In this document: positions 38,122 through 50,790 of the stretch, piece after piece | Layout of the letters: every line of letters starts with the position of its first letter | Position numbering within the stretch: the stretch's first letter is position 1 | Assembly (NCBI GenBank): GCA_963709345.1 | Contig: CAVPVX010000007.1 | Coordinates: forward strand, 32,001 to 96,000 | Origin: an uncultured Actinomycetes bacterium | GTDB taxonomy: Bacteria; Actinomycetota; Thermoleophilia; UBA2241 | Direction: 5' to 3' | DNA: 64,000 bases | Notes under the pieces: model-generated | What the model was told of the DNA's origin: nothing | The model's input: the letters and a program-made list of their open reading frames with translations, nothing else | Databases searched by the model: none | Translations under genes and position numbers: made by a program

Positions 38122-39200
38122 ACCCGCAGGTCGTCCACCAGGCGATCGACGTCGACGGACGCGTCGATGAGTTCCGCGACAAGGTCGATCTTGGCGCGCT
38201 CCTTGACGCGGAGCCGGCCGAACAGACGCCGCAGGCCGTCGGCGGCGGCCACGGTGTCGGTCTCGACCGACACCAGCGCGACGCCGCGCTCCTCGGCGCG
38301 CCCGAGCACGGCCGGGCTGGGCACGTAGTTCCCCGTGAGAACGACGGCGACAGTCGGCGTCTCGAGGGCGGCGAGGATGATCTCCGATCTGTCGCCGCCG
38401 ACGATCACGACCTTGTTCGGCGTAAGCTGGAAGTAGCGCAGCGCATGCTCCGGGCTCATCGCGCCGATCATGTACGTCTCGACGAGACGCTCGTTGTAGC
38501 GTTCGCCGCAGATGAAGGTGCCGTCCAGGGCATCGACGATCTCGCCGACCGACACCGCGGAAAGCACGCTGCTCGAGGCGATCGCGCCGTAGCTTTCTAC
38601 GTCGTTCTTGGCGAGAAAGCGCGTGTACTCGTCCTTGACGAGCGGGAGACGCGACTCCGGCACCATGTTGAAGAGGACGCCGAGGAGGTGCTCCTTGAGG
38701 GCGTCCTTGACGTAGATGATGTCGTCGAGCAGACGGGCGCCGGCGAACTTGGCCACCAGCAGCGTGCCCAGGTCCAATTCCGCCACGACCTCGGCGCCGC
38801 TGGTGCGCAGAAAGCGGCCCTGCCAGATCTCGCCGAGGCCCTCGCAGACCATGATGTCCTTGCCGGCGATGAGGCGCCCGTAGGCGGCGGTGACGCGGTT
38901 CATCGCGTCGACCTCCGACCCGGCGAGCACGTCGTGAAGGGCGTCTTCGTCCAGAACGACCGGACAGATGTCCGTGAGCTCGTCCTCGAGGCCCAGCAAG
39001 CCGGCGACGAACTCGGCGTCCTCGTCAACGAGCACGCTGCTGGTCCGTGAGGGCAGCGTGCCGACAGGCTTGAAGTAGCCGGCCTTCAGCCCACGGTTGC
39101 GCAGCGCGAGGCAGAGGCCGACGGCGATCGTCGTCTTGCCTCCGCCACCCTGGGTGGAGGCGATGTACAGAGACCTGAGCACCACACCCCCCGGCGTCAC
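38118..39200 (-). CDS. Phosphotransacetylase N-terminal-like protein (BioD-like P-loop plus DRTGG domain, no catalytic PTA domain)
   Basis: GGGGKTT, GYFKPVG, IGAMSPE, VGGDRSEI, VLTGN. 360 aa. Confidence 0.88.
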   Translation of the reverse strand: MTPGGVVLRSLYIASTQGGGGKTTIAVGLCLALRNRGLKAGYFKPVGTLPSRTSSVLVDEDAEFVAGLLGLEDELTDICPVVLDEDALHDVLAGSEVDAMNRVTAAYGRLIAGKDIMVCEGLGEIWQGRFLRTSGAEVVAELDLGTLLVAKFAGARLLDDIIYVKDALKEHLLGVLFNMVPESRLPLVKDEYTRFLAKNDVESYGAIASSSVLSAVSVGEIVDALDGTFICGERYNERLVETYMIGAMSPEHALRYFQLTPNKVVIVGGDRSEIILAALETPTVAVVLTGNYVPSPAVLGRAEERGVALVSVETDTVAAADGLRRLFGRLRVKERAKIDLVAELIDASVDVDRLVDDLRV

Positions 39201-39383
39201 TCAGTCAGATTCGAGGACGATGACCTCGCGGCCCTTGTACGTGCCGCACTTCGTGCAGGCGCGATGCGGGAGCTTCGGGCTCTTGCACTGCGGGCACACG
39301 CTGGCCGTGTCGACGGTGAGCTTCTGCTGCGAACGGCGCTGGTCGCGACGCCGCTGCGATGTCTTCTTCTTGGGTACGGGCAT
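39201..39383 (-). CDS. rpmF: 50S ribosomal protein L32 (Zn-binding form)
   Basis: MPVPKKKTS, CPQC..PHRACTKCGTYKG. Confidence 0.98.
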   Translation of the reverse strand: MPVPKKKTSQRRRDQRRSQQKLTVDTASVCPQCKSPKLPHRACTKCGTYKGREVIVLESD

Positions 39384-39435
39384 GGACCTTCTCCTCGGCT
39401 CAATCAGACACGGAACTGTACCACACGGCGAACGC

Positions 39436-39903
39436 TCACGCCTCCTCGTGCCGGTGCTCCGGATCGGCGTTGAGGTCGGCGCCGCAGACCGGGCACAGGC
39501 CCCGGCAGTCGTCGCGACAGAGGATGCGGGACGGCAACGCCTCGGCGATCACGTCGCGTACCCAGCTCTCCAGGTCCACCTGATGGGCGACGACGTACCC
39601 CTCGTCCTCTTCGCCCTCTCCCTCCGACTCCCCGTGGCGCACGTACTCCACCCCGTGGGCGCTCACGGGCAGTTCCGCGTCGGCGAGACAACGCTGACAC
39701 GCCCCCCCCACGACGGTGTCGACGTCGAGAGTCAGGGTGAGATTGTCACCGACACGCGCCGCCGTGACCACAGCATCCACCACGCCGTCCTCCACCTCGT
39801 ACTCGAGACCACCGAACACGAACGGGGTGACGGCTACCGGCAGGCTGCGCCAAGTCTCACTGGCCTTGCCGAAGCGCAGCGAATGAAGGTCGAAGCGGCG
39901 CAC
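39436..39903 (-). CDS. yceD: YceD/DUF177 family protein
   Basis: CQRCL, LCRDDCRGLCPVCGADLN. Upstream of rpmF. Confidence 0.93.
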   Translation of the reverse strand: MRRFDLHSLRFGKASETWRSLPVAVTPFVFGGLEYEVEDGVVDAVVTAARVGDNLTLTLDVDTVVGGACQRCLADAELPVSAHGVEYVRHGESEGEGEEDEGYVVAHQVDLESWVRDVIAEALPSRILCRDDCRGLCPVCGADLNADPEHRHEEA

Positions 39904-39936
39904 GAGACTACCTGTCGCGGTGACGCTGCGACGCGC

Positions 39937-40404
39937 TCAGGGCTGCAGGGCGTCGTCCGCAGGGCGGCCCTGCAGACGTTCCCGGCCGCGACGCACCGCC
40001 GCGATGAACTTGTCGAGGTTCATCTCGAGGTTGCCGAGCACTTCGTCGGCGTAGTCCTCGGCGCCCAGACGAACCTCGCGTTCACGATCGCGAGCCTCTT
40101 CCATGATCTGCTGGGCGTTCGTTTCGGCCAGCCTGACGATCTCCGTCTCTGTCGCGAGCCGGTCGGCGCGCTCCTGGGCCTCCGCGAGAACCCTGTCGGC
40201 CTCTTGCTTGGCCTCGGAGAGCATCTCCTGCCGCTCCTTCACGATCCAGCGCGCCTGCTTGATCTCCTCGGGGATCGTCGACCGCATCTGGTCGAGGAGG
40301 TCGTAGATCTCCTCGCGGTCGATCATGACACTGTCCGTCAGCGGGACGGAACGTGCGTTGTGGATGATGTCATCCATCTTGTCGATAAGGACCAGAACGT
40401 CCAT
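39937..40404 (-). CDS. Coiled-coil protein, SepIVA-like
   Basis: ARSVPL, IPEEIKQARWIVKER, GAEDYADEVL. Conserved slot between coaD and yceD. Confidence 0.8.
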   Translation of the reverse strand: MDVLVLIDKMDDIIHNARSVPLTDSVMIDREEIYDLLDQMRSTIPEEIKQARWIVKERQEMLSEAKQEADRVLAEAQERADRLATETEIVRLAETNAQQIMEEARDREREVRLGAEDYADEVLGNLEMNLDKFIAAVRRGRERLQGRPADDALQP

Positions 40405-40428
40405 GGTCAGCGACCCTCCTTGGGTGGC

Positions 40429-40926
40429 CTAGCTGCGCGGCGGATAGAGTTCCGCCAGGCGGCGGGCGACGGCCGGAGGCACCAGATCGGTAACTGAACC
40501 TCCGAACGCGGCGATCTCTCTGACCCCGCTGGAACTGAGGAAGCTGTGCTCCGGCGAGGCCATCATGAAGACAGTTTCTATGTCGGGCGCCAACTTCCTA
40601 TTGAGCTGCGCCATCGCGAACTCGTACTCGAAGTCGGAGATGGCGCGCAGACCTTTGAGGATGACGTGCGCTTCCCACCTGCGGGCGAACTCGACGACGA
40701 GCTCGTTGAAGCGGTCGACGACGATCGTCTCGCGGCCTGCGAGAGCTTCACGCAGAAACGCCTCGCGCTCATCCGGGGTGAAGAGCGGCGACTTGCGTTG
40801 CGGCACCTCGATCAGCCCGACGACCACACGGCCGAACTTGCAGGCACCGCGCTGGATGATGTCGAGGTGGCCCACCGTGACCGGATCGAAGGTGCCCGGG
40901 CAGATGGCGGTCACGTTGCGCGGCAT
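40429..40926 (-). CDS. coaD: Phosphopantetheine adenylyltransferase
   Basis: PGTFDPVTVGHLDII, KGLRAISDFEYE, SSSGVRE. Confidence 0.98.
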   Translation of the reverse strand: MPRNVTAICPGTFDPVTVGHLDIIQRGACKFGRVVVGLIEVPQRKSPLFTPDEREAFLREALAGRETIVVDRFNELVVEFARRWEAHVILKGLRAISDFEYEFAMAQLNRKLAPDIETVFMMASPEHSFLSSSGVREIAAFGGSVTDLVPPAVARRLAELYPPRS

Positions 40927-40941
40927 CGGCGGTCCTTCTCT

Positions 40942-41670
40942 TCAGCTCGGTGGTCGGTCATCGTCTGCGTCCACTCCTTCTGCGTGCCGCGGGCGGCCCG
41001 TCGCGACGAACGTGACGCGTGTGTCCCCGTACCGCTTCTCCCGGACCACAGGCCAGGGCAATCCCGCCGGAGTGAGCGCACCGGACTCCACGACGAGTAC
41101 GGCACCCGGTGCGAGCACTGGCCCGAGAAGTCCTACGAGGTCGGGCCGGACCTGCTCGTACCGATCGTACGGCGGGTCCGCAAACACCAGAGTATACCGC
41201 GCGGCGCGGCGGGCGTCAGCCGCAAGAGCCCGCCGGACGTCCGCCGCCAGCACCACCGCGCGAGCCGACGCCGGCTCCGGCACGATGATTCCTGTACCGG
41301 CGCCGGCCGGCGCCTCGGTCGCCGCGGCACCGGGGCGCACCACCCGGACGCCGACACGCGCCAGATTCTCGCGGAGGGCGCGCAGCGCCGCGGGCGCCGA
41401 CTCGACGAACGTGCAGCTGGCGGCGCCTCGTGACAGCGCCTCGATCCCGAGGGCGCCGCTCCCCGCGAAGAGGTCGAGCACGGCGTGCCCGGCCAGCGGC
41501 TCGGCGAAAGCGCTCGCCTCGCGGGCTGCAGCCGCAGCGGCAGCCGCCTCCGGGAGCGCCAGCAGAACCCCGAACATGGCCTCGCGGACCTTGTCCGAGG
41601 TCGGCCGGGTGGCGTGCCCCGCGGGCGCTCGGAGCCGCCGCCCTCGCCACACTCCTCCGACGATCCTCAC
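40942..41670 (-). CDS. rsmD: 16S rRNA m2G966 methyltransferase
   Basis: RIVGG, RPTSDKVREA, LDLFAGSGALGIEALSRGA, FADPPY, KRYGDT. Confidence 0.95.
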   Translation of the reverse strand: MRIVGGVWRGRRLRAPAGHATRPTSDKVREAMFGVLLALPEAAAAAAAAREASAFAEPLAGHAVLDLFAGSGALGIEALSRGAASCTFVESAPAALRALRENLARVGVRVVRPGAAATEAPAGAGTGIIVPEPASARAVVLAADVRRALAADARRAARYTLVFADPPYDRYEQVRPDLVGLLGPVLAPGAVLVVESGALTPAGLPWPVVREKRYGDTRVTFVATGRPRHAEGVDADDDRPPS

Positions 41671-41793
41671 CCTCTGATCTCCGGGAAGCCGCGGTGCCGC
41701 GTCCACAGGTGACGTTCACATGGGCAACGCTCGACAGCCCGCGCCGCGGCGCCGTTTGCCCCATGCCGCCTGGGTGGAGCCACGAAACTCAGC

Positions 41794-41934
41794 ATGACAC
41801 ACCGCAAAGCAGAGACACTCGCGATCCTCCTCGCCGTCGGCCTGAGCCTGCCGCTCGGGGCGTACGGCGCCACCACACGCGGGTTCTCGTGGCGCTGGTT
41901 CCTCGCCGTCGCCCAGACGGAGTCCGCCGACTGA
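41794..41934 (+). CDS. Small hydrophobic ORF (46 aa), not in the ORF track
   Basis: MTHRKAETLAILLAVGLSLPLGAYGATTRGFSWRWFLAVAQTESAD. Strong GC3 bias, fits the rsmD-pdp gap. Confidence 0.45.
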   Translation: MTHRKAETLAILLAVGLSLPLGAYGATTRGFSWRWFLAVAQTESAD

Positions 41935-41937
41935 CGT

Positions 41938-43230
41938 TCACTCCTCGCGACCGAGGACGATCGGCCGCACCTCTGGGGCCTCATCGCCGATCGTGAACGC
42001 CGTCTCCAGCACCGCGCCGGCCTCGCCCCTCCTGTCCGGATCACGCGAGCAGACCGTGGCGAGAGGCTCGCCGGCGCTCACCGCGTCGCCCACCAAGCGC
42101 TCGAGGACCACGCCGGCGGCGGCGTCGACGGAGTCGTCAACCGTGCGGCGCCCCGCTCCAGCCACCTGGGCGGCGCGCCCGACCGCGAGAGCGTCCACAG
42201 CCGTCACGTAGCCGGCCCGAGCAGCGATCGTCTCGTGACCGGCGAGACGGTGGAACTCGCCGGGGCGCCAGTCGCCACCCTGCACGTAGCACCAGCGCTC
42301 GAAGTGTTCGGCGGCGCGCCCGTCGTCGAGCGCCGCCTCCGCCCGTCTCGCGGCCTCGTCACGCGTCAGGCCCAGGTCGGACAGCGGGAGCAACTCGGCG
42401 GCGAGCGCGATCGTCACCTCACGCACGTCGGCGGGCCCGCCGCCCCCGAGCACCTGCCACGCCTCTTCCACCTCGAGCCGGTTGCCGACGGCGCGGCCGA
42501 GGGGCGCCTCCATGGCAGTGAACAGACAGGTCGTCGGCCGATCGTACGCTTCGCCGATGAGCCGGCACAGGCGCCCGAGCTCTCGCGCACGCTCGAGATC
42601 GGGCATGAAGGCGCCGGCACCCACCTTGAGATCCAGGACAACGGCAGACGTCCCGCTAGCCACCTTCTTCGCCATGATGCTGGCCGCGATCAGGCCGTCG
42701 CACTCCACCGTCCCGGTGACGTCCCGCAGCGCGTAGAGCAGGCGGTCGGCGGGCACCACGCGCTCGCTCTGGCTCACCACCGCAACGCCGATGCGCTCGA
42801 GCTGCCGCACGAAGTCGCCCTGCGGCAGGCGCACGCGAAACCCGGGGATCGACTCGAGCTTGTCCAGCGTCCCGCCTGTGTGCCCGAGACCCCGCCCGGA
42901 CATCTTGCCGAAGACCGCGCCGCACGCGGCGACCAGGGGCGCGAGCACGAGCGTCACCTTGTCGCCCACGCCGCCGCTCGAGTGCTTGTCGAGCACCGGA
43001 CGCCGCAGCACACGCAGATCGAGCGTCTTGCCGCTGTCGACCAGGGCACGCGCGAGCGAGACGGTCTCGGAGTCGCTCAGGCCGCGCAGCACCATGGCCA
43101 TGAGCAGGGCGCTCGCTTGGTACGAAGGGACGGCGCCGCTGACCACCCCATCGACGAAGGCACGCACGCGGGCCTCGTCGAGCTCGCGTCCGTCCCGCTT
43201 CCAGGCGATCACGTCGTGTACGAATTCCAT
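41938..43230 (-). CDS. pdp: Pyrimidine-nucleoside/thymidine phosphorylase
   Basis: DKHSSGGVGDK, KMSGRGLGHTGGTLDKLESIPG, LYALRDVT, SIMAKK. Confidence 0.96.
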   Translation of the reverse strand: MEFVHDVIAWKRDGRELDEARVRAFVDGVVSGAVPSYQASALLMAMVLRGLSDSETVSLARALVDSGKTLDLRVLRRPVLDKHSSGGVGDKVTLVLAPLVAACGAVFGKMSGRGLGHTGGTLDKLESIPGFRVRLPQGDFVRQLERIGVAVVSQSERVVPADRLLYALRDVTGTVECDGLIAASIMAKKVASGTSAVVLDLKVGAGAFMPDLERARELGRLCRLIGEAYDRPTTCLFTAMEAPLGRAVGNRLEVEEAWQVLGGGGPADVREVTIALAAELLPLSDLGLTRDEAARRAEAALDDGRAAEHFERWCYVQGGDWRPGEFHRLAGHETIAARAGYVTAVDALAVGRAAQVAGAGRRTVDDSVDAAAGVVLERLVGDAVSAGEPLATVCSRDPDRRGEAGAVLETAFTIGDEAPEVRPIVLGREE

Positions 43231-43248
43231 GTCGTCCTCCGCCCCCGC

Positions 43249-44034
43249 CTACGCCAGTTCCGGCCAGCGCCCGCCCACGGCGGCCACGAGGCCCGTCGCC
43301 AGCAGACCTGCGAGCCGGCCGCCGGCCGCGAGAACGTCGTCGTGCGAACCCACCGCCGCCGCCTCGTTGGCGACCAGCGCCAGAAGACAGCACTCTACGC
43401 CCGTGGCCGTGGCGGCGCGAGCCTCCGCCGCGGCCGACATGCCGACCACGTCGCCGTACCGTGAGAGCCACTCCGCCTCGGCCGGCGTCTCGAACTGCGG
43501 CCCGGAGACGGCCACGTACACCCCCGCGCCCGGCGCCGCGCCGGCGCCGAGCGCGCCGGCGACACGAGCGCACGCCTGACGGGAGCAGACGGGCAGACGG
43601 GGTGGGGCATCCGCCTCGGGCGCACGCTGCAGGTCCACGACCGCCGCGCACGCGACGATGACGCCCGGCGGCGCGTGCGGGCCCAGGCCGCCGCACGAGT
43701 TCGTCAGCACGAGGCGGCCCACCCCCGCGGCTGCCAGGCCGCGGACGGGCGCCTCCAGTTCGGCGTCGGACCAGCCCTCGTACAGATGCGGGCGCCCGCA
43801 GGCCAGCGCCAGGCGCAGTTCCGCGCCGTCGGAGCGGGTCCCGCGAACCAGTCGCAGAACGTTCAGGTGGCCCGGCACGGCGGTGCACGGCCACCCCAGC
43901 TCCTCGTAGTCGATCTCCGCCTCGAGCGAGGAGCCGGCCGGTGGCGCCGCAAGCCCGGAGCCGAACACGACGGCCGCGTGCGGCCGAAAGGCGGCCACGC
44001 GGCGGAGACCGGACGGGAGCGGCACGTCCTTCAC
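43249..44034 (-). CDS. punA: Purine-nucleoside phosphorylase (PNP1 type, divergent)
   Basis: FGSGL, VPGH, GRPHLYEG, LTNSCGG, GPQFETPAE, VVGMS. Confidence 0.88.
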   Translation of the reverse strand: MKDVPLPSGLRRVAAFRPHAAVVFGSGLAAPPAGSSLEAEIDYEELGWPCTAVPGHLNVLRLVRGTRSDGAELRLALACGRPHLYEGWSDAELEAPVRGLAAAGVGRLVLTNSCGGLGPHAPPGVIVACAAVVDLQRAPEADAPPRLPVCSRQACARVAGALGAGAAPGAGVYVAVSGPQFETPAEAEWLSRYGDVVGMSAAAEARAATATGVECCLLALVANEAAAVGSHDDVLAAGGRLAGLLATGLVAAVGGRWPELA

Positions 44035-45164
44035 TCGATCGCCCGCCCCGCCAGAGGCGGCCCCTCGCCGGTCAGACGCGCGAACGCCGTGGCGCCGACG
44101 TCCTCCTGGGCGCCGTCGTAGCGGCCCGGGGTGAGCCCCAGCGCGAGCAGCGGTGAGTACTCGCGGGAGTGGTCGGTGCCCTCCGACGTGGGGTCCACAC
44201 CGTGATCGGCACAGAGGATCATGACGTCGCCGGGCGCGAGCAGGGCCTCCCACGCCGGCAGTGCCGCGTCCACGGCGGCGAGACCTGAGGCGAAGCCGTC
44301 GACGTCGTTGCGGTGACCCCACACCGAGTCGAAGTCGACGAGGTTGGCGAACAACAGCCCCCCCTCCATCTCGCGGAGGTGCCGGCTGCACGCGGCGATG
44401 CCCGTGGTGTTGTCGGTGGTGTGGTCGTCGACGTCCACACCGCGCTGCACGAAGATCTCGCCGATCTTGCCGACGCCGATCACGGGAACGCCGCGGTCCT
44501 GCAGAAGGTCCAGATAGGTGGGGCCGGGCGGCGCCAGCGAGAAGTCCCGCCGCCGAGGCGTACGCGCGTAGTGCCCCGTCTCGCCGTCAAAAGGACGGGC
44601 GATGACGCGCCCTACCGCGTGCTCTCCGCAAAGGATCTCACGCGCCGCCGCGCACCACTCGTAGAGCCGCTCGACCGGCACGACGTCTTCGTGGCAGGCG
44701 ATCTGGAAGACGGAGTCCGCCGAGGTATAGACGATCGGCCGTCCGCTGGCCACGTGCTCGTCGCCGAGCTCCTCGAGGATGCCCGTGCCGGAGGCCGGCC
44801 GGTTGCAGAGCACGCGCCGGCCGACCACCTCCTCGAAGGGCCGGATGACCGCCTCGGGAAAGCCGTCCGGATACGTCGGGAAGGGCCGCTCGAGCACGAC
44901 GCCCATCATCTCCCAGTGGCCGGTGGTCGTGTCCTTGCCGGCCCCACGCTCAAGCAGGCGGCCGTAGGTCGCCTCCGGCCGCGGTGCGTCCATCGGCAGG
45001 CCGACGACCTCACCGAGCCCGAGCCCCGCAAGGTTCGGGAGCGGGACGCCGGTGCGCCCGATCACGTGCCCGAGCGTGTCGGAGCCCTCGTCACCGTAAG
45101 CGCCGGCATCCGGCAGTGCCCCCGCGCCACACCCGTCCAGCACGCACACGAACACCGTCGTCAT
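44031..45164 (-). CDS. deoB: Phosphopentomutase
   Basis: LDGCGAG, GKDTTTGHWE, YTSADSVFQIA, RVIARPF, NLVDFD..GHRND, ADHG.DP. Confidence 0.97.
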   Translation of the reverse strand: MTTVFVCVLDGCGAGALPDAGAYGDEGSDTLGHVIGRTGVPLPNLAGLGLGEVVGLPMDAPRPEATYGRLLERGAGKDTTTGHWEMMGVVLERPFPTYPDGFPEAVIRPFEEVVGRRVLCNRPASGTGILEELGDEHVASGRPIVYTSADSVFQIACHEDVVPVERLYEWCAAAREILCGEHAVGRVIARPFDGETGHYARTPRRRDFSLAPPGPTYLDLLQDRGVPVIGVGKIGEIFVQRGVDVDDHTTDNTTGIAACSRHLREMEGGLLFANLVDFDSVWGHRNDVDGFASGLAAVDAALPAWEALLAPGDVMILCADHGVDPTSEGTDHSREYSPLLALGLTPGRYDGAQEDVGATAFARLTGEGPPLAGRAIE

Positions 45165-46120
45165 GTCTCCTCCTCCCCAACGGGCCCCGGCGGTTTCCGC
45201 CGCGCCCGCGGGTGCGTCTCCAGAAAGACCTCTCGCAGGTGTTCGACGGTCACATGCGTGTAGAGCTGCGTGGTGGCCACGTTCGCGTGACCGAGCATCT
45301 CCTGCACGCTGCGCAGGTCGGCTCCGGCCGCCAGCAGATGCGTCGCGAACGAGTGCCTGAACGTGTGCGCGCTGGCGGCGCCGAGCAGGTCGGCGCGCGC
45401 GAGTACGCCGCGCAGGATGTAGTCGAACCCCTGCCGCGTCAGGGGGCCGCCGCGGGAATTCAGGATCAGCTCCGGACGGCGCCTGCCGTGGAGAAGAGCC
45501 CGCCGGCCATCGCTCACATACCGCTGCACCGCGCACTCCGCCGCCGCACCCATCGGTACCACGCGCTCCTTGTCACCCTTGCCGACGCAGCGTACCAGCC
45601 CGCCTTCGACGTCCACGTCGCCCTCGCGCAGGCCGAGCAACTCACTCACGCGCAGGCCGCAGCCGTAGAGCAACTCCAGGGCCGCAAGATCTCGCTGCCC
45701 GAGCGGGCCGGCCCGCACGACCGACTCCAGCACCGTCTCGACTTCTTCGACCGAGAGGACGCGCGGCAGGTCCCGCGGTCTCTTCGGCGTGCGCAGACGC
45801 GCCGCCGGATCGTCGTCGCGCACCCCTTCGCGGACGAGGTAGGCGAAGAAGACCCGCAGGCCGGCCGTGCGCCGGGCCACGCTCGCCGACGCGCCGTCGC
45901 CCCCGGGCCCGGCGAAGTAGGCGCGCACCTCGGCCTCGGTCACCGCCCCCGGAGCGGCTCCCTCCGGCCCGAGAAAGGCCGCGAAGCGGGCGAGGTCGCG
46001 CCCGTAGGCGGCAACGGTGTTCGGGCTGAGGCCGCGCTCGTAGCGCACGTAGTCCAGAAAGCCCTGCACGAGAGGGTCGACCGCCGTAGCCGGCGGCCGA
46101 CCCTCTGCCCCACGCGCCAT
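45161..46120 (-). CDS. xerD: Tyrosine recombinase XerD
   Basis: ERGLSPNTVAAYGRDL, LLYGCGLRVSEL, GKGDKERVVP, HTFRHSFATHLL, QEMLGHA..TTQLYT. Confidence 0.95.
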   Translation of the reverse strand: MARGAEGRPPATAVDPLVQGFLDYVRYERGLSPNTVAAYGRDLARFAAFLGPEGAAPGAVTEAEVRAYFAGPGGDGASASVARRTAGLRVFFAYLVREGVRDDDPAARLRTPKRPRDLPRVLSVEEVETVLESVVRAGPLGQRDLAALELLYGCGLRVSELLGLREGDVDVEGGLVRCVGKGDKERVVPMGAAAECAVQRYVSDGRRALLHGRRRPELILNSRGGPLTRQGFDYILRGVLARADLLGAASAHTFRHSFATHLLAAGADLRSVQEMLGHANVATTQLYTHVTVEHLREVFLETHPRARRKPPGPVGEEET

Positions 46121-46139
46121 GCCGCGCCGCCCGCGGCCG

Positions 46140-49105
<2,966 letters not shown>

Positions 49106-49140
49106 TCGGGCGGAGGCGCCGCAAGGCGCGGAGCGGCGGC

Positions 49141-50790
49141 TCAGGCGGCTCCGGCCGCCTTCGCCAGGAGGCTCTCGGCGTGGCTGCGTGCCGCCGTGTC
49201 GTCGGGGGCCGCGCCGAGCATGCGGCAGAGCTCGGCGAGGCGCTCGTCGCCATCGACCCGGCGCACGACGGTGACCGTCGTTCCCGCTCCGGGGTCGCTC
49301 TCCTTGACGATGGCGAACTGGCGCTCGGCGAAGGCGGCCACCTGTGGCAGGTGCGTGATGCAGAGCACCTGGCGGCGCGCCGCCAGACGCAGCAGGCGCT
49401 CGCCGAGGGCCGCCGCCGTGACGCCGCCGATACCGGTGTCTACCTCGTCGAAGATCAGCGTCTCGACGTCGTCCCCGAGCGTCACGATCCCACGGATGGC
49501 CAGCATCACGCGTGACAGCTCCCCACCGGACGCCGTCTCGCGGAGCGGGCGGGCCGGTACTCCTGGGTTGGCGCCGAAGATGAACTCGACCTCGTCGGCG
49601 CCGTGCGCGCCCAGAGCATCCCATCCCGACCCGCGCGGCGTCACGGCGATGCTGAAGACCGCGTGAGGCATGGCGAGGCGCCGCAACTCCTCCTGGATAC
49701 GCTCCGCAACGAGCGGCGCGAGCCGCCTGCGCTCGGTGCTCAGCGCCTCTGCGGCGCCCACAGCCTCGTCCTGCGCCGCCGCGACCGCAGCCACGAGCGC
49801 GTCCTCGTCGGCGGCGAACTCCTCGAGGGCCGCCAGACGCGCCCGCGCCGTCTCGAGAAAGGCAAGCACCTCGTCGGCCGAGCCCCCGTACTTGCGCATC
49901 AGCGCTTTGAGGCTGTCGTACCGAAGCTCCAGCGCGTCGCGATGCGCGGCGTCGACGTCCAGACCGTCCAGATAGTCACGCAACGCCGCCGCCAGGTCGT
50001 CGAGTTCGACGGTGAGTGCTCCCAGGCGCTGCGCCAGCGGCTCCACGCTCTCGTCGAGCAGAGCGGCCTCGGCGACCAGACGCTGCGCCACGCGCACGCC
50101 GTCCAGCGCGGCCCCCTCGGTCTCTCCGGCAAGGAGAGCGAGCGCGCCGCCGGTGCGCTCCAGCAACTTGCCCGCGTGGCGAGCGCGCTCCCGCTCGTGC
50201 CCGAGGCGCTCGTCCTCGCCGGGCTCCACCTCGGCCGCTTCGATCTCGCCCACCTGGTACCGCAGCATGTCGATCTCGCGCTCGCGGTCCCGGCCGGCTC
50301 CGCGCAACTCGTCGAGTTCGCGCGTGAGCGCCCGAGCGCGCGCAAACGTCGTCGCAAAGGTGGCCTGAAGCGGCTCCACCGTGGCTGCCGCCGCAGCGTC
50401 GAGCAGGTCCAGTTGCCGCTCGAGTTGCAGCAGACGCGTATGCTCGAGCTGTCCGTAGAAGGCGAGGCGCCGCCGCAGGGCGTCTTCGACGGCGGCGGCG
50501 GAGCTCAGCAGCCCGTCCATGCGTGCCCGTGAGCGCCCGCCGCGCGGGAGCTCACGCGCCACGGCCAGGGTCTCGTCGTCGCTCTCGAAGAGGGCCTGCA
50601 CGAGCGCCCGCTTCGCGCCGGGCCGCACCAGTTCGTCGCCGCCCTTCTGGCCCATGAGCAGGCCGATGGCCTGCGCGAGCAGGCTCTTGCCGGCGCCGGT
50701 CTCGCCGGTGATGACGTTGAGGCCCGGCGAGAACTCCAGCCGCGCCCCGGCGATGAGCACCAGGTCGTCGATGCTGAGCTCAGCGAGCAT
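49141..50790 (-). CDS. recN: DNA repair protein RecN
   Basis: ITGETGAGKS, ASGGELSRVML, IFDEVDTGIGG, CITHLPQVAA. Confidence 0.98.
   Translation of the reverse strand: MLAELSIDDLVLIAGARLEFSPGLNVITGETGAGKSLLAQAIGLLMGQKGGDELVRPGAKRALVQALFESDDETLAVARELPRGGRSRARMDGLLSSAAAVEDALRRRLAFYGQLEHTRLLQLERQLDLLDAAAAATVEPLQATFATTFARARALTRELDELRGAGRDREREIDMLRYQVGEIEAAEVEPGEDERLGHERERARHAGKLLERTGGALALLAGETEGAALDGVRVAQRLVAEAALLDESVEPLAQRLGALTVELDDLAAALRDYLDGLDVDAAHRDALELRYDSLKALMRKYGGSADEVLAFLETARARLAALEEFAADEDALVAAVAAAQDEAVGAAEALSTERRRLAPLVAERIQEELRRLAMPHAVFSIAVTPRGSGWDALGAHGADEVEFIFGANPGVPARPLRETASGGELSRVMLAIRGIVTLGDDVETLIFDEVDTGIGGVTAAALGERLLRLAARRQVLCITHLPQVAAFAERQFAIVKESDPGAGTTVTVVRRVDGDERLAELCRMLGAAPDDTAARSHAESLLAKAAGAA

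Noticed and set aside
19868-46120. Two tyrosine recombinases as integrases of a mobile element
   Set aside because: They sit in the canonical dprA-xerC and xerD-deoB contexts, with no att sites or cargo.
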